Shown: positions 7,835 through 17,664, counted from the first letter of the stretch. The stretch: DNA of 64,000 bases from Bacilli bacterium (GCA_017934595.1 JAGBJG010000002.1:1846-65845), one strand, 5' to 3'. Notes: a model not told the origin generated them from the sequence alone. Numbers and translations: made by a program.

Positions 7835-7938
7835 ATATTTACAACCGGGATATTTTGTTACTCGCACCACCCGAGAGCGAGATTATTTACGACCGGGATA
7901 TTTTGTTACTCGCACCACCCGAGAGCGAGATTATTTAC
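7835..7938 (-). ncRNA. Candidate type III antitoxin RNA: tandem 48-nt direct repeats
   Basis: Copies 7843-7890 and 7891-7938 are identical at 47 of 48 positions, plus an 8-nt partial copy at 7835-7842. Markedly more GC-rich than the surroundings. No ORF. Confidence 0.7.
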
Positions 7939-7961
7939 AACTATGTGCCAAGCACACTATT

Positions 7962-7990
7962 AATATACTATAATCAATTAATAATGTCAA
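7962..7990 (-). promoter_or_regulatory. Sigma-A promoter driving the repeat array and toxin gene
   Basis: TTGACA - 17 nt - TATATT on the minus strand. The -35 overlaps the truA stop codon. Palindrome TGTGC-CAA-GCACA (7944-7957) lies between the -10 and the first repeat. Confidence 0.6.
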
Positions 7991-8715
7991 TAATTAACAT
8001 TTTTTAGATATAATCCACATGCTGGAGCTGTTTTACCAGATGCTTTCCTATCTTCTTTTTCTAGTATTGTTAAAACATCACTAGCTTTTCTTTTACCTTC
8101 ACCCATTTCAATAAGTAATCCAACCATATTTCTAACCATATATCTTAGAAAACCAGTTCCTACAAACGAAATAGTCATTATATCATTTTCTACTTCTATA
8201 TTAGCAGATATAATTTCTCTATCATAGTTATCTCTTACATCATCAGCTGCCACTAAAGATTTAAAGTTATGCATACCTATAAAGTATTTTATACCCTTAT
8301 TCATTGCTTCTACATCTAGTGATTTACCATATTGATAAATATAATCTTTTTCAATTGGATTATATTCACCTAGATTAATCTTATAAACATATTCTTTAGA
8401 TTTAACATTAAATCTTGCATGGAAATTACTATCTACTACTTCTACATTCTTAACATATATATCATTAGGAATTAAACTGTTTAAAGCCATTTTAAGCTTA
8501 TCGGGTGTAATATTAATATCTAAATCAAAATGAGCTTTTTGATTAATAGCATGTACACCTCTATCAGTTCTACCAGAAGCAACAACAGAAGTTTCTTTAT
8601 TATTTAATTTTGTTAATGCAGTTTCTAATTCGGCTTGTATAGTATTAATATCTAATTGTTTTTGATATCCACCATACTTAGATCCATCATAGGAAAAAGT
8701 AATTAAATATCTCAT
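7987..8715 (-). CDS. truA: tRNA pseudouridine(38-40) synthase TruA
   Basis: MRYLITFSYDGSKYGGYQKQ ... ASGRTDRGVHA catalytic motif; follows ecfT as in Bacilli. Confidence 0.95.
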   Translation of the reverse strand: MRYLITFSYDGSKYGGYQKQLDINTIQAELETALTKLNNKETSVVASGRTDRGVHAINQKAHFDLDINITPDKLKMALNSLIPNDIYVKNVEVVDSNFHARFNVKSKEYVYKINLGEYNPIEKDYIYQYGKSLDVEAMNKGIKYFIGMHNFKSLVAADDVRDNYDREIISANIEVENDIMTISFVGTGFLRYMVRNMVGLLIEMGEGKRKASDVLTILEKEDRKASGKTAPACGLYLKNVNY

Positions 8716-9470
8716 AATACCATGAAACTCCTAACTATTAATGTAAGCATTAAAACCACATGAATAGATACTAAATATGTATCATAGAATCCCCATTTAT
8801 TTTGTCTAAAGTTAGTTCTTTTTCTATAAATACTAAATAATCTAACTTCCATAGCGTCAGCTAATTCATCAGCTCTTTTAATAGTTAAAACAAACATAGG
8901 AACAATTAAAGCTTTAATAGCTACTAATTTATCTTTAATATTTGAACTATTATAATCAATACCTCTACATGCTTGAGATTTAAGGATTTTGTTACCTTCA
9001 TCGATGATAGTTGGGATAAATCTTAAAGCAATTGAAATTGATAATGCCATTCTATTAACTGGTACTTTAAATACTTTTAATGGAGATAAGAATTTTTCTA
9101 ATCCATATGTAATCTCAGTAGGTGGAGTCGTAAGTGTTAATATACTAGTATATAAAACTAATAATATTAATCTTGATAACATAATTAATGTTGTTTCAAA
9201 ATATATATTTAATATCATATTAAATATAATTGTAAATAGTAATATAAATCTTAAAGACCTAATTGTCTTAAAGAAATACTTAACTGGAATATGTGAATTT
9301 ATAATCATTAAGATTACTAATATAAATAGCATAGCATTCATAAGCATACTATTCGCGAATAGACACATTAATACAAATGTAATTGTACAAATTATTTTAG
9401 ATAATGGATTCATTAAATGGACACGACTTCTTACAGGGTAATATTTGCCAATAGTTATATTATTTAGCAT
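8712..9470 (-). CDS. ecfT: ECF transporter transmembrane (T) component
   Basis: Polytopic membrane ORF downstream of two ECF ATPases; ACRGID-type coupling motif (SQACRGIDY). Confidence 0.9.
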   Translation of the reverse strand: MLNNITIGKYYPVRSRVHLMNPLSKIICTITFVLMCLFANSMLMNAMLFILVILMIINSHIPVKYFFKTIRSLRFILLFTIIFNMILNIYFETTLIMLSRLILLVLYTSILTLTTPPTEITYGLEKFLSPLKVFKVPVNRMALSISIALRFIPTIIDEGNKILKSQACRGIDYNSSNIKDKLVAIKALIVPMFVLTIKRADELADAMEVRLFSIYRKRTNFRQNKWGFYDTYLVSIHVVLMLTLIVRSFMVL

Positions 9471-10311
9471 ATCTATATATATCCTTTAATAAATCATTAA
9501 CATCGTCCCTGTATCCCATTTTAATTCCTTTATCCTTAAGTGCCTTATATGAAAATTCCACTATCTTTGGCATTGGTATATTATAATGTTTTAATGCTTC
9601 TGGATTAGCTAATATATCATATTTATTACCAGTTATTATTAAATTACCATTATCAAGTAATATTACATAATCTGATATAGCATGTATAAAATCTATATCA
9701 TGTGAAATGATTATTACTGTTTTATTATATCTATTTTTTAACATTCTAATTAGTTTAACTAAGTTTTTCTTACTATCATAATCCAAACCAATAGTAGGTT
9801 CATCAAAAACTATTACTTTTGGATTGAATACTAATATAGATGCAATAGCTACTTTTCTTTGTTCACCATTTGAAAGTTTAAATGGATCTCTTTCAAGATA
9901 ACTATCATCTAATCCTACCATTTTAAGTGCATCACTAACTCTTTTATCAAGTTCATTAGTTCTATAATTAAAACTAAGTAAACCAAATTCTATTTCTTTT
10001 TTAACTGTTAAGTTAAAGAATTGTTCTTCAGGGAATTGAAATACTATTCCTACTTTTCTTCTTAAAGCATTTATATTTTTTATACGACTTTTAGGTCCTA
10101 TTAAATCTTCATCTACTTTTACCTTACCTTTTGTAGGTACTAAAAGTGAATTGATTAGTTGAATTAATGTTGTTTTACCTGAACCAGAAGTTCCTATTAA
10201 AGCATTAACTTTACCTTCTTGAATAACTAAATTAATATCTCTTAAAGCAACTTTCTTTAAAGGTGTCTTTGCATTATAAGTATAACTTACATCATCAAAT
10301 TTTATTTCCAT
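9460..10311 (-). CDS. ecfA2: ECF transporter ATPase component A2
   Basis: Walker A GTSGSGKTT, signature LSNGEQRKV, Walker B VIVFDEP. Confidence 0.93.
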   Translation of the reverse strand: MEIKFDDVSYTYNAKTPLKKVALRDINLVIQEGKVNALIGTSGSGKTTLIQLINSLLVPTKGKVKVDEDLIGPKSRIKNINALRRKVGIVFQFPEEQFFNLTVKKEIEFGLLSFNYRTNELDKRVSDALKMVGLDDSYLERDPFKLSNGEQRKVAIASILVFNPKVIVFDEPTIGLDYDSKKNLVKLIRMLKNRYNKTVIIISHDIDFIHAISDYVILLDNGNLIITGNKYDILANPEALKHYNIPMPKIVEFSYKALKDKGIKMGYRDDVNDLLKDIYRYAK

Positions 10312-11108
10312 ATTAAATTCACCAACTCATCTATATCTAAAACAATATCATCAACTAAACCATAATATTTTAACTTATATGATAAATCTACAACGAAAGG
10401 TAATTCTAAACCATTATTCTTAAATAGTTTTTCATTTCTTAGTAACTCTTTTGTTTCACCTTGATCCATAACTTTACCATCATTCATAACAACAATATCT
10501 GTACCATATAATAATTCTTCTGAATTATGTGTGATGTTTATAATAGTTAAACCTTTCTTATTTAAATCAGTTAATACTTTTAAGACATCATCTCTTCTAT
10601 TGTTATCAATCATGTCAAGAGCTTCATCTAAAACTAATATTTTAGGATGTGTAGCAAAAGCACTAGCTAAGGCAACTAATTCCTTTTGACCACCACTTAG
10701 ACTATGTGGTTCTTTTTCCATGATAGATTCAATATCAAGAAGCTTACCTACTTCTTTTACTCTTTCTCTAATTAGTTTTTTATCATAATTCATATTTTCT
10801 AACGCAAAAGCAATTTCATCCATAACTGTTTCAGCTACAAATTGATTATCCGGATTTTCAAATACAAATCCAATTTTACTTCTGACTTCTTTATACGTTT
10901 CTTCAGATATTTTAATTCCATCTACTTCTATTGTACCTTCAGCTTTATATAATCCAACAATCAATTTCATTAATGTTGATTTACCAGATCCATTTGGTCC
11001 AATTATAGAAGTGAAACTTCCTTTCCTAATATTTAAATCAAACTTATCAAATATTTTTTTATCTTCATAACTGAATTTTACTTTTTTTAATTTAATAATG
11101 TTCTCCAT
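10302..11108 (-). CDS. ecfA1: ECF transporter ATPase component A1
   Basis: Walker A GPNGSGKST, signature LSGGQKE, Walker B ILVLDEA. Confidence 0.93.
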   Translation of the reverse strand: MENIIKLKKVKFSYEDKKIFDKFDLNIRKGSFTSIIGPNGSGKSTLMKLIVGLYKAEGTIEVDGIKISEETYKEVRSKIGFVFENPDNQFVAETVMDEIAFALENMNYDKKLIRERVKEVGKLLDIESIMEKEPHSLSGGQKELVALASAFATHPKILVLDEALDMIDNNRRDDVLKVLTDLNKKGLTIINITHNSEELLYGTDIVVMNDGKVMDQGETKELLRNEKLFKNNGLELPFVVDLSYKLKYYGLVDDIVLDIDELVNLIWK

Positions 11109-11149
11109 ATTATCACCACTATAATCATTATACTATAATTACATTTACT

Positions 11150-11178
11150 TTAAAAGAAAAAAGTTCTAATAAGAACTT
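11150..11178 (-). terminator. Intrinsic terminator overlapping the stop of 11166-11708
   Basis: AAGTTCT/AGAACTT stem (11161-11167/11172-11178) followed by a U-run on the minus strand. Confidence 0.6.
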
Positions 11179-11708
11179 TGTACTGCATCCTCTATTATAG
11201 GTAATACAGGTATTTTATTAAATTCATTGGAAGTAGTTCTATAAGATGATCTAGAAGCACTCTTAACTTTTACTTTAGAGACTTTTCTTTCAGCAGGTAT
11301 TTCTTTTAATAATGTAGGTTTCATATTATAAACCTTAACTAAATTATAAGCATTTGTATAAATGTCTGGTAAACTATCTTCCTTTTCTTCTATATCTTCC
11401 TTATAATTTTGATATTCCCTTATTTTTTCTTCCATTTCTTCTTCAAATGTTTTAATTTTTTCTATTGGTTCTTCATCCACTATAGGTTCTATAGATTCTT
11501 TTTCTTTTGGTAAATCTACTGATACTTTTTCAGCCATATATCTTTTCATTATATTTATTTGATTTACCTTGTTTGTATATTCTAATTGAAGGGCGGCCCT
11601 AGTAGTGTCGTCTTCAACTTCAGATATCATTTTTTCGATACGGTCTAAGTAACTTTCATCACTATCAACACTAATATAAGAAATATAACTTCTTATTTGA
11701 CCAGCCAT
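11166..11708 (-). CDS. Hypothetical acidic protein
   Basis: E/K/D-rich ORF. Start at ATG 11708 with AAGGAAGTGA RBS overlapping the SDR stop codon, so it looks translationally coupled. Confidence 0.55.
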   Translation of the reverse strand: MAGQIRSYISYISVDSDESYLDRIEKMISEVEDDTTRAALQLEYTNKVNQINIMKRYMAEKVSVDLPKEKESIEPIVDEEPIEKIKTFEEEMEEKIREYQNYKEDIEEKEDSLPDIYTNAYNLVKVYNMKPTLLKEIPAERKVSKVKVKSASRSSYRTTSNEFNKIPVLPIIEDAVQSSY

Positions 11709-11713
11709 TTCAA

Positions 11714-12460
11714 TCACTTCCTTTTCTGACTATTATAAGATATTTTAGCTAATAAACTATCTGGAACTAACTTAGAGAATGTTTTAGCTAATTTCATACC
11801 AAATCCTGGTACAATTATCTTTTTATTTTTAAACATTCTTTTAATCGCATATCTGGCAACATATTCACTATCCATTTTTTTAGTTTTAAATTCTACATGT
11901 GCGACACTTTCAAATTCAGTCTTAATAGGTCCTGGACATAACGCCCCAACATAAACTGGAATACCTTCTATCTTAAGTTCATAATTAATTGCCTCTGTAA
12001 GTCTTAATAAATATGCTTTAGTGGCATAATATGTAGCCATCATAGGACCTGGCATAAAAGCCGCCATAGATGCGACATTTAAAATATAACCGTAGCCACG
12101 TTTTTTAAAATCTTTTAGATAAAGTTTTGTTAATACATGAGCAGCTTTAATATTTAAGTCTATCATATCTAATTCTTTATCAATATTTGTTTTAGTGAAT
12201 TCACCAAATAGACCAAATCCAGCATTATTGATAACTACTTCAATATCTTCATCTTTTGTTTTTTCATATAGCTTCATACAATTATATGTACTACATAAAT
12301 CCATAGGAATAATAGTCACATTAGTATGTAAAGACTCTTTTAATTCCTCTAATTTATTTTTTCTTCTAGCTACTAGAATAAGATCATAGCCCATTTCGCT
12401 TAAAATACGTGCCATTTTTAGTCCTATTCCACTACTAGCGCCAGTTACCATAGCTTTCAT
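11714..12460 (-). CDS. Short-chain dehydrogenase/reductase (SDR) family oxidoreductase
   Basis: TGASSGIG cofactor motif, NNAG, YxxxK (YYATKAY). Confidence 0.88.
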   Translation of the reverse strand: MKAMVTGASSGIGLKMARILSEMGYDLILVARRKNKLEELKESLHTNVTIIPMDLCSTYNCMKLYEKTKDEDIEVVINNAGFGLFGEFTKTNIDKELDMIDLNIKAAHVLTKLYLKDFKKRGYGYILNVASMAAFMPGPMMATYYATKAYLLRLTEAINYELKIEGIPVYVGALCPGPIKTEFESVAHVEFKTKKMDSEYVARYAIKRMFKNKKIIVPGFGMKLAKTFSKLVPDSLLAKISYNSQKRK

Positions 12461-12523
12461 ATAACCACCCTATTATAATTATATACTAAATATTAATTTT
12501 TAACAATATTTCTTATTCTAACG

Positions 12524-12548
12524 ACAAAAAAAGATGCTATTTAGCATC
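12524..12548 (-). terminator. Intrinsic terminator after rplQ
   Basis: GATGCT/AGCATC stem overlapping the rplQ stop, followed by UUUUUUU. Confidence 0.7.
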
Positions 12549-12893
12549 TCCTTCAACTAATTCTAAAACAACTTCTAAAGCGTCATCGCCTTTTCTTTCA
12601 GTCATCTTTAAAATTCTTGTATAGCCACCATTACGTTTAGCGTATCTTGGAGCTAATACATCAAATACTTTCTTAACAGCTTCAGTATCATTTTCTAAGA
12701 ATGCTAATGCATTTCTTCTAGCTACTAAAGTACCTTTCTTACCATAAGTAATCATCTTTTCTACAAATTTACGTGCTTCTTTAGCTCTTTCTTCTGTAGT
12801 TACGATTCTTTCGTTCATGATAACACTTTTAGTTAAATTAGCTAGCATACTTCTTCTGTGTTTATTAGTACGTCCTAATTTTCTATAAGCCAT
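12537..12893 (-). CDS. rplQ: 50S ribosomal protein L17
   Basis: [20 protein letters not shown]; follows rpoA. Confidence 0.97.
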   Translation of the reverse strand: MAYRKLGRTNKHRRSMLANLTKSVIMNERIVTTEERAKEARKFVEKMITYGKKGTLVARRNALAFLENDTEAVKKVFDVLAPRYAKRNGGYTRILKMTERKGDDALEVVLELVEGDAK

Positions 12894-12911
12894 AATTATC
12901 CTCCTTAACTA

Positions 12912-13862
12912 CTAATCTTCGTCACGGAATCTAAGTCCCATATCTTTAATTTTATCAATAACTTCTTTTAAAGACTTTTTACCTAAATTACGTATTTTCA
13001 TCATTTCTAATTCTGATTTTTCAGTTAAATCACCTAATGTATTGATATTAGCTCTCTTTAAGCAGTTATATGCTCTTACTGAGAAATCTAAATCATCAAT
13101 TGGAGTTTCTAATTTCTTAATTTTGCTGTCTTCTTGTTTAGCGTTCATAATTCCTGTCATATCAGAAATATCACTTAAATTAGTTACGATATTAAAGTGT
13201 TCAATTAATATTTGTGCACCTAAAGCCATAGCTTCTTCTGGACGGATTGAACCGTTTGTAGAAACATTCATAACTAATTTATCATAGTTATCATTTTGAC
13301 CAACACGAGCTGGTTCAACTTCATAACTGATATTATCAATTGGTGAATATAACGCATCGATTGCGATATATCCTAATTTGTTACCTTCTACATATTTTTT
13401 ATTTTCTGTAGATGGAACATAACCTCTACCGTTACCAATAATCATTTCAATATCAAGTTTACCACCTTTTGATACAGTAGCAATTTCTTGATCTTTATTG
13501 ATTATTTCAACATCTGCATCAGTTTCAATATCAGCAGCTGTTACAGTTTTTTCTTCATGAACAGATAGATGAACTACCTTTTCTTCTTCAGAATGATTCT
13601 TAACAACTATGTTCTTTAAGTTTAAGATAATAGTTGTTACATCTTCTACTACACCTTCAATAGTTTGGAATTCATGCATTACACCATCAATTTTGATAGC
13701 TACAATTGCACTTCCTGGTAAACTAGATAACATAACTCTTCTTAAAGCGTTACCTAAAGTTATACCAAAACCTCTTTCTAAAGGTTCTAATTCAAATTTT
13801 CCATAATTATTACTTTCTACATAGTCAGTAATTTTAAATACTGGTTTCTCAAAATTTAACAA
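12912..13862 (-). CDS. rpoA: DNA-directed RNA polymerase alpha subunit
   Basis: GFGITLGNALRRVMLSSLPG and the C-terminal SVRAYNCLKRANINTLGDL; apparent TTG start with GGAGTG RBS. Confidence 0.96.
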   Translation of the reverse strand: MLNFEKPVFKITDYVESNNYGKFELEPLERGFGITLGNALRRVMLSSLPGSAIVAIKIDGVMHEFQTIEGVVEDVTTIILNLKNIVVKNHSEEEKVVHLSVHEEKTVTAADIETDADVEIINKDQEIATVSKGGKLDIEMIIGNGRGYVPSTENKKYVEGNKLGYIAIDALYSPIDNISYEVEPARVGQNDNYDKLVMNVSTNGSIRPEEAMALGAQILIEHFNIVTNLSDISDMTGIMNAKQEDSKIKKLETPIDDLDFSVRAYNCLKRANINTLGDLTEKSELEMMKIRNLGKKSLKEVIDKIKDMGLRFRDED

Positions 13863-13880
13863 ATCTAAACACTCCTCTCA

Positions 13881-14264
13881 TTATCCACGTGGGCGTTTTG
13901 GTGGACGACATCCATTATGTGGTATAGGTGTTACATCAGAAATTGAAGTAATTTCTAATCCTGCAGTTTGTAATGATCTAATTGCAGTTTCACGACCTGA
14001 ACCAAGTCCTTTTACATATACTTCAACTTTTTTCATTCCCATATCTACAGCAGCTTTACCTGCAGCTTCTGCTGACATACCAGCTGCATATGGTGTTGAT
14101 TTTTTACTTCCTTTAAAACCTAAAGTACCAGCTGAAGCCCAACTTATTGCATTACCTTCCATATCACTAATTGTTACAATAGTGTTATTGAATGTTGAAT
14201 GAATAAATGCTTTACCTGCAGGTACATTCTTTTTAGTCTTACGTTTTCTTGCTTTATAAGCCAT
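13881..14264 (-). CDS. rpsK: 30S ribosomal protein S11
   Basis: [14 protein letters not shown] ... [13 protein letters not shown]. Confidence 0.97.
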   Translation of the reverse strand: MAYKARKRKTKKNVPAGKAFIHSTFNNTIVTISDMEGNAISWASAGTLGFKGSKKSTPYAAGMSAEAAGKAAVDMGMKKVEVYVKGLGSGRETAIRSLQTAGLEITSISDVTPIPHNGCRPPKRPRG

Positions 14265-14286
14265 ACAAATAACCTCCTTATTTCAA

Positions 14287-14652
14287 TTATTTTTTCTTAT
14301 TAGCAACTACTTTTCCTTTACCTTTACGAGTACGAGCGTTTCTATTAGTTCTTTGTCCTCTTACAGGTAAACCTTTTTTATGACGAGTTCCTTCATATGA
14401 ATTGATTTCCATCTTAGTTTTAATATTCATATTAACTTCACGACGTAAATCACCTTCAGTTGCATACTTATTTAATTCATCACGAAGTTTTGCGATTTCA
14501 TCAGTAGTTAAATCGCCAGCTTTTTTGTTTTTATCGATACCAGTAGCATCTAAAACAGTATTAGATAAACTTCTACCAATACCATAAATGTATGTTAGAG
14601 CTATTTCAACTCTTTTATTATTTGGTATATCTACACCTTTAACACGTGCCAT
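14287..14652 (-). CDS. rpsM: 30S ribosomal protein S13
   Basis: [26 protein letters not shown]. Confidence 0.97.
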   Translation of the reverse strand: MARVKGVDIPNNKRVEIALTYIYGIGRSLSNTVLDATGIDKNKKAGDLTTDEIAKLRDELNKYATEGDLRREVNMNIKTKMEINSYEGTRHKKGLPVRGQRTNRNARTRKGKGKVVANKKK

Positions 14653-14665
14653 TTTTAACCTCCTA

Positions 14666-14779
14666 TTAACCTTGTACTTGTTTATGTTTTGGGTTAGTAC
14701 AAATTACCCTAACTTTTCCATTTCTTCTTATAATTCTACAGTTTTCACACATTTTTTTAACTGATGGTTTCTTTTTCAT
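14666..14779 (-). CDS. rpmJ: 50S ribosomal protein L36
   Basis: Not in the ORF track. Hand translation gives [37 protein letters not shown], located between infA and rpsM. Confidence 0.93.
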   Translation of the reverse strand: MKKKPSVKKMCENCRIIRRNGKVRVICTNPKHKQVQG

Positions 14780-14794
14780 ATATAATACCTCCTT

Positions 14795-15010
14795 TTATTT
14801 TCGGTAAGTTATACGCCCATGTGTTAAATCATATGTTGACATCTCAACAGTTACTGTATCACCTGGTAAAATGCGGATATAGTTCATACGGATTTTACCA
14901 GAAACATGAGCCTCTACAGTATGTTTATTTTCTAATTCAACTCTAAATTTGCCGCCAGGTAATACTTCTATTACTTTACCTTCGACTTCAATTGTATCAC
15001 TTTTTGCCAT
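14795..15010 (-). CDS. infA: Translation initiation factor IF-1
   Basis: [28 protein letters not shown] ... RITYRK. Confidence 0.97.
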   Translation of the reverse strand: MAKSDTIEVEGKVIEVLPGGKFRVELENKHTVEAHVSGKIRMNYIRILPGDTVTVEMSTYDLTHGRITYRK

Positions 15011-15014
15011 TATA

Positions 15015-15761
15015 TCACCTCTTCGTTAATATCTCATAGCCGTCTTTAGTAACGACTACAGTGTGCTCATAATGAGCTGATGGCTCACCGTCAGCAGTTA
15101 CAATTGTCCAGTCATCATCTAATATGCAAACATATCTCTTACCATATGTTAACATTGGTTCTACGGCAATAACCATACCTTCTTTAAGAAGTGGTCCACT
15201 ACCTGCTTTACCATAATTAGGTACTTCTGGATCTTCATGCATATCTGTGCCGACACCATGACCAACTAATTCCCTTACGACACCCATGTGATGTTTAGTG
15301 GCATACTCTTCTATCGCGTGACTAATATCACCAACTCTATTACCTGGTTTAACCATTTTTAAACCTTCAAATAAAGCTTTTTCAGTATGCTCCATCATGT
15401 ACTTTTTCTTATCATCTATAGTACCGACTGCGTAAGTCCAAGCTGAATCACCATGATAACCTTTATAACAAGCTACAATATCAAGTGTAATAATATCTCC
15501 ATTCTTAAGTTTCCTAGGTCCTGGTATTCCATGCACTACCTCATCATTTACTGATGTACATAGCGTTGCAGGATAACCTTCATAACCTAAGCAAGATGGA
15601 GTTGCACCCTTACTTATTATAAAGTCATAGGCTAATTTATCTAATTCCTTAGTTGTGATACCTGGTTTAATAAATTTTTCTAGATAGTGATGTGTTTCAC
15701 CAACTATTTCACCAGCACGTCTAAGTAATTCGATTTCATCTTCATTTCTTATAGTGATCAT
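15015..15761 (-). CDS. map: Type I methionine aminopeptidase
   Basis: Metal-ligand regions [12 protein letters not shown] and HGVGTDMHE. Start moved to ATG 15761 (AGAGGTGA RBS). Confidence 0.95.
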   Translation of the reverse strand: MITIRNEDEIELLRRAGEIVGETHHYLEKFIKPGITTKELDKLAYDFIISKGATPSCLGYEGYPATLCTSVNDEVVHGIPGPRKLKNGDIITLDIVACYKGYHGDSAWTYAVGTIDDKKKYMMEHTEKALFEGLKMVKPGNRVGDISHAIEEYATKHHMGVVRELVGHGVGTDMHEDPEVPNYGKAGSGPLLKEGMVIAVEPMLTYGKRYVCILDDDWTIVTADGEPSAHYEHTVVVTKDGYEILTKR

Positions 15762-15762
15762 T

Positions 15763-16407
15763 CTAATCACCTCTTACTATATCTTCGATGTTTTTAAATG
15801 TTTCTTCTGGTGTTCCATTTGCATCAACGACATATAAAACACCTGATTTTTTATAATAATCAATTAATGGTTTAGTTTTTTCTAAATATGTATTATATCT
15901 AGTTTTATATGTTTCTTCATTGTCATCATCTCTTTTAGTTAAAGATGAACCACATTTATTACATATATTCTCATTAGTAGGCTTCATCCCATCGAAATAT
16001 ATATTATAAGTAGCTCCACATTTAGGGCAACTTCTTCTACCACTAATACGTTTAGCTGCTAACTCTGGATCTATATTTAATTCAATTACATATCCGATAT
16101 CCTTATTTAAATCTTTCAAAATTTCATCATAAGTTTTAGCTTGTTCTATATTTCTTGGAAATCCATCTAATAAATAACCATTAATAGTGTCATTGGAACT
16201 GATACGTTTCTTGATTAAATCAAAAATGATTTCATCACTTACTAACATACCAGCATCCATGATCTTCTTTAATTCTGTATTGCCATTTTCTACTTCAGCT
16301 CTTAAAAGATCTCCTGTAGATATATGAGCAATGTTATATTTTGAACATAATAACTCAGATTGAGTTCCTTTTCCTCCAGCTGGAGGTGCGATTAATATTA
16401 TATTCAT
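15763..16407 (-). CDS. adk: Adenylate kinase
   Basis: P-loop APPAGGKGTQ, zinc lid CPKCGATY...CNKCGS. Confidence 0.96.
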   Translation of the reverse strand: MNIILIAPPAGGKGTQSELLCSKYNIAHISTGDLLRAEVENGNTELKKIMDAGMLVSDEIIFDLIKKRISSNDTINGYLLDGFPRNIEQAKTYDEILKDLNKDIGYVIELNIDPELAAKRISGRRSCPKCGATYNIYFDGMKPTNENICNKCGSSLTKRDDDNEETYKTRYNTYLEKTKPLIDYYKKSGVLYVVDANGTPEETFKNIEDIVRGD

Positions 16408-17663
16408 CTATTTCTTCTTCCTTTTCTATAACTTGTCATTGCAAGTGAACCTTCAATTTGTTTATAAGTTTCAAGTGCAACTCCAACTACAATTAAAAGT
16501 CCTGTACCACCAATGCTTACTGAAGCAGGTAGATCTTTAGCAATCATACCAAATATAATTGGTAATGCAGCTAATATTGTTAAAGCAAATGAACCTACAA
16601 AAGTGATTCTATATAACACATTGTTTATATATTTTAGTGTATCATCACCTGGTCTAACACCTGGGATATAACCACCATTCTTTTGTAAATTATCAGCCAT
16701 ATCTTTTGGTTTTAATTGTAAGAATGCATAGAAGAATGAAAATGCAAATATGAATATAACATATAGTGCAAATCCAACAGGTACACTTGTTACTAAATAT
16801 TTATTTACGAAAGCAGTAAATGCTTCTTTCTTAGCGAAATTAGCAATCATTGACGGTATTGATAACAATGCAGATGCAAAGATTACCGGTACAACTCCTG
16901 CAGAGTTTAGCTTAAATGGTAAATAACTTTGTGCCCCCATAGATGTTGCTTGCTTATTAGAATATTGAACTGGTAGTCTTCTTTCAGCTAATTGGAAGAA
17001 TACAATACCAAGTATAATTACTAAGTAAACAATTACATATATTACAAATAATGTTATTCCTCTAGCAGTGCCATCCATTAAACCTGTCCATGCTTGAGCA
17101 AACATGTTAGGTAAATTAGATATGATACCAGCCATGATGATGATTGACATACCATTACCGATACCTTTTTGAGTCATTACATCACCTAACCACATTAATA
17201 CACAAGTACCTGCAGTTAAAACAAGTGAATAACTCATATAATCCATAACACTACCACCATTCATATAAGTGAATGAATAGATATAACCTTGAACGAATGC
17301 AAGTGCTATACCAGCGATACGTGTTATTTGATTTAATTTGGCTCTACCAGTTCCACCTTGCTTTGATAAATCAGCTAGGTAAGGAACAATATCCATTTCT
17401 AATAATTGAATGATGATTTGAGCAGTGATGTAAGGCATAACACCTAGAGCAAAGATAGAAAACTTTTCTAATGCTCCACCACCCATTACATTCATTAGTT
17501 CAAGAAATCCTAAACTTCTTGTACCAAGTGCGGCTTGATCGATTCCTGGAACTACAATTGCAGTACCAACTTTAAAAACTATCAAGCAAGCAAAGGTAAA
17601 CAAAATACGTTTTTGTAATTCCTTGTTTCTTGGATTAAATATTTGCTTAATTGTTGCAAACAT
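16404..17663 (-). CDS. secY: Preprotein translocase subunit SecY
   Basis: 10-TM ORF between rplO and adk; GIGNGMSIII motif. Confidence 0.96.
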   Translation of the reverse strand: MFATIKQIFNPRNKELQKRILFTFACLIVFKVGTAIVVPGIDQAALGTRSLGFLELMNVMGGGALEKFSIFALGVMPYITAQIIIQLLEMDIVPYLADLSKQGGTGRAKLNQITRIAGIALAFVQGYIYSFTYMNGGSVMDYMSYSLVLTAGTCVLMWLGDVMTQKGIGNGMSIIIMAGIISNLPNMFAQAWTGLMDGTARGITLFVIYVIVYLVIILGIVFFQLAERRLPVQYSNKQATSMGAQSYLPFKLNSAGVVPVIFASALLSIPSMIANFAKKEAFTAFVNKYLVTSVPVGFALYVIFIFAFSFFYAFLQLKPKDMADNLQKNGGYIPGVRPGDDTLKYINNVLYRITFVGSFALTILAALPIIFGMIAKDLPASVSIGGTGLLIVVGVALETYKQIEGSLAMTSYRKGRRNR

Positions 17664-17664
17664 T

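Noticed and set aside
7784-7870. N-terminal 29-codon extension of the toxin ORF in the ORF track (start 7870).
   Set aside because: The extension would run through the terminator hairpin and into the repeat array. The ATG at 7783 has a perfect AGGAGG RBS.
7835-7938. The 48-nt repeats as a possible mini CRISPR array.
   Set aside because: The repeats are directly adjacent with no spacers, and there are no cas genes. The promoter-repeats-terminator-ToxN-like ORF layout fits a type III antitoxin instead.
8989-9441. 150-aa plus-strand ORF opposite ecfT.
   Set aside because: Shadow ORF of an AT-rich membrane-protein gene. It has no expression signals, and ecfT is well supported by context.
13881-13889. 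DnaA-box-like TTATCCACG at the rpsK 3' end.
   Set aside because: It is a single 8 of 9 match inside a coding region with no cluster of boxes, so it is not an origin element.
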